Assembly: GCF_902713615.1 (NCBI RefSeq)
Contig: NW_024055458.1
Coordinates: 1-64,000 of the forward strand
Direction of reading: 5' to 3'
DNA length: 64,000 nt
Source of the DNA: Scyliorhinus canicula
Taxonomy: Eukaryota
A program made the translations under genes and the position numbers. Positions 11,660 through 19,509 of this stretch are shown piece by piece (the first letter of the stretch is position 1; the number at the start of each line of letters is the position of its first letter). The notes below the pieces were generated by a model. That model saw nothing but the letters and a program-made list of their open reading frames with translations. It did not search any database and was not told where the DNA came from.

Positions 11660-12628
11660 ATGGATAGGATCTACCTTTGCAGTTCAGCAACATCCAGTCC
11701 TGAATAGTAATGAACTAGCCGGAGCAGGAGCCTCAACAAAATTCCCCTCTTCAATGATGGGGGATCCAAGCACATCAGTGCAAAAAACAAGGCTGAAAGT
11801 TTCTGCCAGAGGTGCCGAGAAGATGGTACATCTCGGCCTCCTCCAGTGGTCTGCATCATCGTGGATGTCAGTCTTCAGGAAGTTAGATCCCTCCACACCA
11901 TATCAAGAAATGGCTGACAGCGCTGCAAACGTCATTAGCCCTGGCAACATTATAGCAACAATACTGAAGGTTTGTGCTCCAGAACTGGCTCGCCCCAAGA
12001 AACTTCCTCCAGTGCAGATACAGCACTGGCATGTACCCAACAATGTGCAACATTGCTAAACATGACCCGTTCATGAAACGCAGGATAAATCCAACCCAGC
12101 CAATTATGTCCCTATCACTCCGCATTTGATCATCAGCCACTTTATAAAAAGTGTCAACGATCACCCAGTAACACATAGTGTCCGTGGATAGTGTCCCCGG
12201 TCCAAGCTTCACCCTTCATCATAAGGCCAGAACTGGGGATGATCGCTGATGATTACCCAATGTTCTGCACCATATTCGACTCCTCAAATACTGAAGTAGT
12301 TTGTCTTCAAGTGCAGCAAGACTTGGACAACATTCCGGCTTGGGCTGACAAGTGTCAGGCAATGACCATCCCAAAAAGCGAGATTCTAACCGTCTCTCCT
12401 AGATTTAAAATTATACCACCGTGATTGAATCCCCCACTATCAATATCCTAGGGATTATCATTGCTCAAAAACTGAACACTTAAAAAATGTGGCTACAAGA
12501 GCATGTCAGTGGCTGGACATTCTGCGGTGTGCAACTCACCTCGCGACTTCCCAACCTCTATTCATCATCTATACGGCAGAAGTCAGGTGTTTGACTGAAT
12601 ATCTACATTGGTCTCACGTGTGCCCCTT
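11660..12628 (+). mobile_element. Old CR1/L2-group LINE, left part, interrupted by the provirus
   Basis: Homologous to 6320-7135; the sequence resumes at 22541 after the provirus. Confidence 0.75.
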
Positions 12629-12632
12629 AAGC

Positions 12633-13577
12633 TGTTGCACGTTTTGCTATGGGCGTAAAACGCGTTTATTGGGGTGTATTAACTTCCAAGTGCTTAACAC
12701 CACTAGGCTCTGTCTTATGTATTTATTCAGCTTTAGGAGTCGCCAGTTGCCGTATAGACAACGTCACTAGTATTCCAAGGTCAAGTTCAAAGTAATAAAG
12801 ACGATACACCGATTAGTAAGGTCCAAACGATAATATTTATTATACAGTTATAATAAGTATTCATGCACACACTAAGAGACTAAGCTATGACTAAACTAAA
12901 GTAATCAGAATACTTATCTAACAGGAACAGCCAAGGTCAGGGAGCGAGGCCTTCGTCCTGGTCTTGGGCTGCAACCTTCAGCAAGCGTTCTGGTCACTGG
13001 GGGTTCTAGCGGGCTTAGTTCGCGTAGCGAGCGTCGTACTGGCACTTACGGTTCGGCGGCTGGTGCTCGACGGCTGGAGTCAGAGTGGATCTTCAAGTTC
13101 TTGGTCAGGGCCGGAGCACGGAATAACAGACCGGACAACACGAGGTCCCTATCTTTTATAGGGGTTCCATTGTCCTTCCCTCTTCTCGGGCGGGCTCTAC
13201 CTATTGGATCAATTTCTTATCGATACTGGATTAATTCCCCAATGCGAGGGGGTCTCCGTGATGGAGGGGGCGTTTCTTATGCCCTTTTGTTTGGAGGTTT
13301 CTGGTGCCTCGATGTCTGGGCCTTGATTAGAATGTGTCCATTCAGAACCAAATGTATCTATTGTGTGGGTGTTCAAGTCTGATCGCGTCATTAGCATGCA
13401 AAGCGTTTTGCCATTTGCACCTAGTTAAGGTCTTCTCACCTGAGCCCAAACTGGTTTCTGCTGCTGCAGAATGCAAACTGCTCTTTGCAGACTGCTGTTC
13501 TGGCTAAACTGTCTGTTTCCCAGCAGTCTTAGCGCTTGACCTATTTTGTAGCTCAGCATCCATTTTAGGTGGCTACA
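12633..13577 (-). repeat. 3' LTR
   Basis: TG...CA ends; TATAAAA at 13160-13154 with CCAAT about 45 nt upstream; several AATAAA (e.g. 12841-12836, 12670-12665). Confidence 0.97.
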
Positions 13578-13587
13578 TTCCCTCCTT
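13578..13587 (-). other. Polypurine tract
   Basis: AAGGAGGGAA abuts the TG of the 3' LTR. Confidence 0.85.
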
Positions 13588-13944
13588 GTGATCCTCACAA
13601 TCAAAATATTGTGAAGGATCACAATGTACATCGCCTTGAGTGCATCTGGGTTGCCTTCTTTGTGTCCCCTGACCTCTTGCCAGTTCCTGGGCTACTCTAT
13701 CTTAAACTATGGGAAGAAAATTTTTTTACCTAACATCTCTACTTGGCGCTATGTCAAAGGGGACATGCATTACCATAAACTGGGAACCTCTACCTATCAC
13801 AATTATCCCTAACTTTACTTAAACATTTCCTCACACTCTAAAACCTTAACCATTCACACCACAACATCACATTTCCTAACTCGGCAGTCGAGTATAGGAC
13901 AATACAATACAGGGTCGAATTTTATTCATTCTTTACACAGTGCT

Positions 13945-14286
13945 TTATTCATCATGGGGCAGAGGGGATTGATGAAATCGGAAAATCGGAGATCGAACTC
14001 CATAGACGGAAGGGCAAGAACGGGAGGCTCTCCTCTTCCACTTCCTCAACCTGAGGGTCTGTACAAGGATAACGAGGATCGCAATCACCAGTAGTGATTC
14101 GATTACGTATGACATGGAGTACCATGTCATAAATTTAGTGCACCAGGTCTGAACCTCACTGATCAGAGCTGAGCACTGGGGAGTGGTTGTAAGGGAAACA
14201 TTTACGGTGGGGGTTGTGGGGGAAACGTGTCTTGTTTCCACACAAACAAATACAACAGTTAACAACAGTAGGTGAGCTTCCATCAT
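13945..14286 (-). CDS. 113-aa predicted type I membrane protein in the env position
   Basis: Hydrophobic N-terminus (aa 5-16), T/P-rich ectodomain with NVS sequon and two Cys, hydrophobic aa ~60-78, then RLRKWKRR; splice-acceptor-like site at 14385-14384. Confidence 0.7.
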   Translation of the reverse strand: MMEAHLLLLTVVFVCVETRHVSPTTPTVNVSLTTTPQCSALISEVQTWCTKFMTWYSMSYVIESLLVIAILVILVQTLRLRKWKRRASRSCPSVYGVRSPIFRFHQSPLPHDE

Positions 14287-15425
14287 CTTTATCTAGGTTT
14301 TCTTCTTTCTTCCTCCTGTATTGGACAATCCTTGCTTCGATCCCTGTCTCGACCTTCGAAAGCTATGGGATCAAGCACAGTATCTGTCAATACACAGTTT
14401 AAGATCTTTACTTGTTATTGCATCTGTCTTTTATATTCCGATTGACCCTTTAAAAATGACTGGCCAAGTCACTCCCTGTGACTCCCCTCATTTTTTCTTT
14501 TTCAAAAGCGAATTTGAAGACCAGAATACACCTAACAATCCTTCTCCTGCGAGCCGTCTTGCAGGCTTTGCTAGTTTACCATCCGAATGTTCCTGGATGT
14601 AAATAGCATGTGGGATGGCGGCCGAAGGGCTGCCTAACGAAAAATGAAAACAAAATTTTGAAAGAAACGTCCGAATGAGTTGCGTATGGGTCGCTACGGG
14701 TACGAGTTGGATGGGATCCCCGGGTAGGGCGTGCTGTGCCATACCCGAGCTTGGCTGACCAAAGTGGGTTCTCAGACAGGGCGGGTCCTCAGTGCCGTTT
14801 GTCCACTGCCTGAGTAACCTGGAGAAAACGGGTACGAATGTGGTTACCGTGACTTGCAGCCTCTATTCGCCGAATAGAGGGGCACCTAAAAACAATGGAG
14901 CCAAGATGCTCCGTTCTGAAAACAGGGCACAAGTCGTGAACCGTGTCGGTTCACCAGAGGATACAACTGAAGTTCTCAGATGTTTCGGCAGAGAAACTAT
15001 TGGGTGTGTAAGGCTGTCACAAGTCTTACAACTTTGAAAAGATATCCAATCAAACTGGGTGTTTGGAACCGAAGTTCTCAAAGGTTTCGGCAGAGAAACT
15101 ATTGTGTATGTGAGGTGGTCACAATCTTTTCAGCTGAAAAGAAGATGTCCATCCTCCAGCTGAACCATTTACATTCCTGAAACGAAACAAACATAAAACG
15201 ATAGACAAACATACGTGCAGGTTCCATCAGAAAGGACATCGTTTCCCTCAAACGATTCCTATTTTACATCATCTGGACACCTCACTTTTCCTCTGTCTCT
15301 GTGAACAGGGTCACAAAGGGGTTGCCGTGTCGGGAGTCAGACACCGTGTCGTTCTGCTCTCCCGGATCCCACACCCTTGTGTGGATCAGGCATGCTATTT
15401 TCGAATTGTGTGACCGGGGGTCACT

Positions 15426-17042
15426 TTAGTCATTTCGGACAAGTCTGTATGAATTGTCCCTGTGCCATAGTGTTGTGTCAAGTGTGTTGTCGGGGTAGTC
15501 GGGGTCGGGTGGTGGTTCTGGGTTTTTAAGGTAAGTGACTTCCATGGGGTCACTGGAGTCGGGGTCGTAGTTGGTGCAGTGTGGGCTGTATGGCTGTGTG
15601 CTGTCGCTGTCCTCAGAGTCAGTGTCTGTCCTGCTGTCTCTGCTGTGGCAGCTTGTGGGCGTTTCGGGGCGTGGTCTGTTGTGGTCTGTGGGCGGAGTCG
15701 TGGGCGAGTCCTTTGATAAACTGGTCTGTGAGGGGGATGGTGGAAAAGTGTCTCTAGTGGGCGGGGTGAAGTGTTCTGCTGCATCTAGCAGTACATGATG
15801 AGCATGGTTAGACTGTGTTCCATATGCCTTTAACTGGTTGATATGGAACCACGCGGTCTTCCCATTAGGATATTTTACCCTGTAAACTGAGGGGCTAATT
15901 TTATCCGAAATTGAGTATGGACCGGAATATTTTGGAGCCAAAAAACTGCTGGGGTTGTAAACAGATAACATTACCTGTTGCCCAACCTGGAATTCTGTGG
16001 GGTGTACGGTCTTATTAAAACAAGCTGTGCGTTGTTGACGGCGTTTTCCAAGCTGAACTGCGGCTGCAATCTGTGCAGACCTCACAGTCTCAACCAAGTC
16101 TTTAACCGTCTTTTCGTGTGTGAGGGCTGTCACCTCGGGGCTGGTCATGTCCAGTCCTAAAAGGAATTCTGTTGCTTTCATAGGGCGTCCGGTCATGAGT
16201 GTGTGTGGTGTGTAGCCTGTGGAAGTGGAAACAGTGTTCCTTATGAACATGAGTGCAAATGGGAGCACTGAATCCCATGTGGAGCTGTTCTCCTGAACCA
16301 TTTTTCTAAGGGTAGTTTTTAGAGTCCGATTCATGCGCTCCACAATCCCGCTGGACTGTGGATGATACGCAATATGGAAATTTTGTTTTATCCCAAATAT
16401 TGTCAGGACGTTCCTCATGACCCGCCCTGTAAAGTGAGATCCCTGGTCCGAATCGATACTTCGGGATAAACCCCATCTCGTGAAGATGTGGTGGGTCAGG
16501 ATCTTTGCAGCTGTCTTTGCAGTATTTGTTCTAGAGGGGAATGCCTCTACCCATTTGGTAAAGGTGTCGATGACCACCAGAACGTATTTATAGCCATTCC
16601 TGCAAGGGGGCAATGGTCCTATGAAATCGATCTGGAGGTTTGTCCAGGGGCCGTTTACTGGGCGAGTATGCCGAAGTTGTGCCTTCTTAGAATACCGCTC
16701 CGGGTTATTCTGTGCACAAATAAGGCAATTCTCTATATAATGTGTGACATCAGTCCTGAGATTAGGCCACCAACAGAGTTGCCTGAGGTGCCTCGTTGTT
16801 GCATCAATTCCCTGATGCCCGTGGTTATCATGGAATAAAGCAATCATTGCATTCCTGTCCTGCTGCGGGACCACATAAAGTTGTTCCTTAATGATCACAC
16901 CCTCATGTGTGGTCAGTGCGTTTTTAAATCTCTCGTACTCTGGCACAAAATTGCCTTTAAAAACCTCCCTGAGGTCCTTATCCTGCTTTTGTGCTGCTAC
17001 AAGATCTTTAATATCTGTCTGTGAGATATGGACTGCGCTCAC
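15426..17042 (-). CDS. pol: Integrase domain of pol (HHCC, DDE, GPY/F) with long low-complexity tail
   Basis: HDNHGH...CLIC; LQIDFIGP, IDSDQGSHF, YHPQSSGIVERMNRTLK; KYSGPY. Confidence 0.95.
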   Translation of the reverse strand: MSAVHISQTDIKDLVAAQKQDKDLREVFKGNFVPEYERFKNALTTHEGVIIKEQLYVVPQQDRNAMIALFHDNHGHQGIDATTRHLRQLCWWPNLRTDVTHYIENCLICAQNNPERYSKKAQLRHTRPVNGPWTNLQIDFIGPLPPCRNGYKYVLVVIDTFTKWVEAFPSRTNTAKTAAKILTHHIFTRWGLSRSIDSDQGSHFTGRVMRNVLTIFGIKQNFHIAYHPQSSGIVERMNRTLKTTLRKMVQENSSTWDSVLPFALMFIRNTVSTSTGYTPHTLMTGRPMKATEFLLGLDMTSPEVTALTHEKTVKDLVETVRSAQIAAAVQLGKRRQQRTACFNKTVHPTEFQVGQQVMLSVYNPSSFLAPKYSGPYSISDKISPSVYRVKYPNGKTAWFHINQLKAYGTQSNHAHHVLLDAAEHFTPPTRDTFPPSPSQTSLSKDSPTTPPTDHNRPRPETPTSCHSRDSRTDTDSEDSDSTQPYSPHCTNYDPDSSDPMEVTYLKNPEPPPDPDYPDNTLDTTLWHRDNSYRLVRND

Positions 17043-17061
17043 AGGGGCGCTAGCTGGTGCG

Positions 17062-19509
17062 CTAGCTGGGGGGGGTCCATAAGTGTCCTCGCCTGGAACC
17101 TGCCTTAGCCAGTGCGTCGGCTTTTACATTCCCAGGGGGGGATGACCTATGGTGACTTCTTACTTTTATTATGCCGAAGGTCCTGTCCTTCGCTTTTCCT
17201 AAAATATGCCGGAGTAGAGGGGCTGATGGAAGGGGTTTCCCGTCTGCGGAGACAAAACCTCGTGTCCTCCACAGGGGTAGAAAATCGGTCAAACTGTTAC
17301 AGACATATAAGCTGTCTGAATATATGTCTGCTGGGCTGGGGAAAGAAGCGGCGTGGTCCACTATATACGCTATGGCCGCGAGCTCTGCTGCCTGCGCGCC
17401 TAAGTGACCTGGTAACTTAAGAGCGATTTCTTCGAGAGCGCGCCCCTGCGCGTCCTCTACATAGATGCCGCATCCTGTGATACGCTCACCATTTAAAACT
17501 GTGGAGGAACCGTCTACATAAATCCTCAAGGGTCCACACGTGTCTGTGGGTTGGGGGCTTTGTTTTGGGTTCCCTATCTTCCTGGGGGGTGTTTTTGCTA
17601 TAAAGGGTCCTGTGTTATGCAGGGGAGCTACAATTTCACAGTCATGGGGCTGTCCTGGGTATTGGAGGTTGTCTGCTAAATATGTGTGTGTGCGGGTCCG
17701 TTTTACTGTAATGTCCCGTCCTTGTAAAAGTAGTGTCCATCTAGCTACCCTAATCTGGCTAACTGAACCGTCCTTCAGCCGACCGTCTAGGAGTAGCTGT
17801 GTGGGTGTGTGTTCGGTCAGAATAGTAATGGGGTTGAGTCCGGTGATGTATGAGAAATACTGCACTGCCCAGAAGACAGCAAGGAGGTGCCTCTCACAGG
17901 CAGAGAATCCTTGTTCTACCGGGTCTAACAGTCGGGAGGCATAAGCCACTGGCCTTAGCTGCTCGTGCCGTTCCTGAAGCAACACGGCCGAGAGGGTCAG
18001 ATCGGTGCTCGCTACCTCTATTGCATAGGGTGAAAGTTGGTCTGGGACTAGCAGCGCGGGTGCTGCACCAAGGGCTCGTTTTAACTCCTCCACAGCGCCT
18101 GTATGCTGCGGAAGCCATTCCCAGGGGGCTCCTTTCTTAAGGAGGTCTGAGAGTGGGGCGGCTTTTGTCGCGAATCCGTCGATGTGGTTCCGACAATAAC
18201 CAACCAGTCCTAAAAACGACCGGAGGGCTGATACATTCTGGGGAAGGGGCAATTTGACAATCGAATCAATTCTCTTGAATTCGATCTCGCGTTTGCCGTG
18301 TGTGATGATTGTTCCCAAATACATCACTTTAGTTTCCAAAATCTGGGCCTTTCTTGGGTTAACTTTACATCCAATTGAAGTCAACAGTTCCAGGAGTTCG
18401 GCCAGAAGCGTAATGTGCTCTGCCTTTGTGTCTGTCTGCAGTAGTAGGTCGTCTACATACTGTACCAGACATTCGGGGCGGGAGAATTTCTCTAAACCAC
18501 TTGCCAACTGTCGGTGGAAAATGGAGGGGGAATTGTGGAATCCTTGTGGAAGGCATGTCCACGTATACTGCTGTGTTTTAAAAGTGAAGGCAAATTTGTA
18601 CTGGCACGCTTTTGCCAATGGTATTGACCAGAATCCGTTACTGATGTCCAATACCGTGAAGTATTTGGAGTTGAGTCCCTGTTTGAGCATGGTCTCGGGA
18701 CTAGTAGCTACCGTTGGGGCTACTGCGGGAGTGACTTTGTTGAGTTCCCGATAATCGATGGTCAGACGCCATGATCCATCGGGCTTCCTCACTGGCCAAA
18801 TAGGGGCATTATTGGTCGAGGCTACCGATCTGAGCACACCTTGCTCCAATAAGCTTTCTATCACCTTTTCTATTTCCACCTCTGCTTCCAGGGGAAATCT
18901 ATACTGTTTCTGTGGTCGGGGGTCCTGTCCGGTAACGTGAACTGGTCCAGTCATTCTGCCACAGTCATGACGGTGACTTGCAAATGCTGTCCTGTGTTTG
19001 TTCAGTAGGGCTTTTATTTGTCTGTCGGTGTGGAGTGTAGTCAGGTCGAATGAGTACTCTCCCACTGCGCTAATCCGATTAGCGTAGTCTCCTACTGTGA
19101 GGGTGGCTGGTGCTCTGTCTGATCTAGCCATTCGCCAGACACACTGGTTCACTGGGTCGAACGACAAGCTATGAGCGTTCATAAAGTCTATCCCCAGGAT
19201 GTGTTCTGCTGTCCGGGGAAGATTTACTAGAACTACGGAGTGCTTGGTTGTGATGTTCCCTAGCTGGATCGCTACGGGTGCTGTGATGTGTCCCTGCTGC
19301 GAGTGTCCGGTGAACCCGCTAAGTGTAATGGTGGAGGTGGTCGGCCACGTGTCTGCGTGTGCCGTGATGGTAGAGTTAATGGTGGTGCGGGAGCCTCCTG
19401 TGTCCCACAGTAACTCTATGGGCTTCCCTTTTACTCTGGCTGTGACTACGGGTCTCCCTGATGAGTCCCATAGTGTGTCACAGACCCAAGTGGGGGAGCC
19501 CGAACACCG
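17062..19509 (-). CDS. pol: Protease-RT-tether-RNase H part of pol, in frame with gag after a single TGA
   Basis: 109 open codons (19509-19183) with LLWDTGGS and HILGIDF (aspartic protease). RT motifs LDISNGFW, PQGFHNSP and YVDD (18459-18448). RNase H motifs IYVDGSS, AQAAELAAI, IYSDS and GNVKADALAK. Confidence 0.95.
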   Translation of the reverse strand, partial: RCSGSPTWVCDTLWDSSGRPVVTARVKGKPIELLWDTGGSRTTINSTITAHADTWPTTSTITLSGFTGHSQQGHITAPVAIQLGNITTKHSVVLVNLPRTAEHILGIDFMNAHSLSFDPVNQCVWRMARSDRAPATLTVGDYANRISAVGEYSFDLTTLHTDRQIKALLNKHRTAFASHRHDCGRMTGPVHVTGQDPRPQKQYRFPLEAEVEIEKVIESLLEQGVLRSVASTNNAPIWPVRKPDGSWRLTIDYRELNKVTPAVAPTVATSPETMLKQGLNSKYFTVLDISNGFWSIPLAKACQYKFAFTFKTQQYTWTCLPQGFHNSPSIFHRQLASGLEKFSRPECLVQYVDDLLLQTDTKAEHITLLAELLELLTSIGCKVNPRKAQILETKVMYLGTIITHGKREIEFKRIDSIVKLPLPQNVSALRSFLGLVGYCRNHIDGFATKAAPLSDLLKKGAPWEWLPQHTGAVEELKRALGAAPALLVPDQLSPYAIEVASTDLTLSAVLLQERHEQLRPVAYASRLLDPVEQGFSACERHLLAVFWAVQYFSYITGLNPITILTEHTPTQLLLDGRLKDGSVSQIRVARWTLLLQGRDITVKRTRTHTYLADNLQYPGQPHDCEIVAPLHNTGPFIAKTPPRKIGNPKQSPQPTDTCGPLRIYVDGSSTVLNGERITGCGIYVEDAQGRALEEIALKLPGHLGAQAAELAAIAYIVDHAASFPSPADIYSDSLYVCNSLTDFLPLWRTRGFVSADGKPLPSAPLLRHILGKAKDRTFGIIKVRSHHRSSPPGNVKADALAKAGSRRGHLWTPPS

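Noticed and set aside
14488-14742. 84-aa ORF as a second accessory gene
   Set aside because: No recognisable features, and it spans splice-acceptor-like pyrimidine tracts; not supportable without sibling comparison.
13578-15425. Classical or Mononegavirales-F-like env in the provirus
   Set aside because: No long ORF exists; the longest minus-strand ORFs are 113, 84 and 72 aa, with no furin site, fusion peptide or heptad region.
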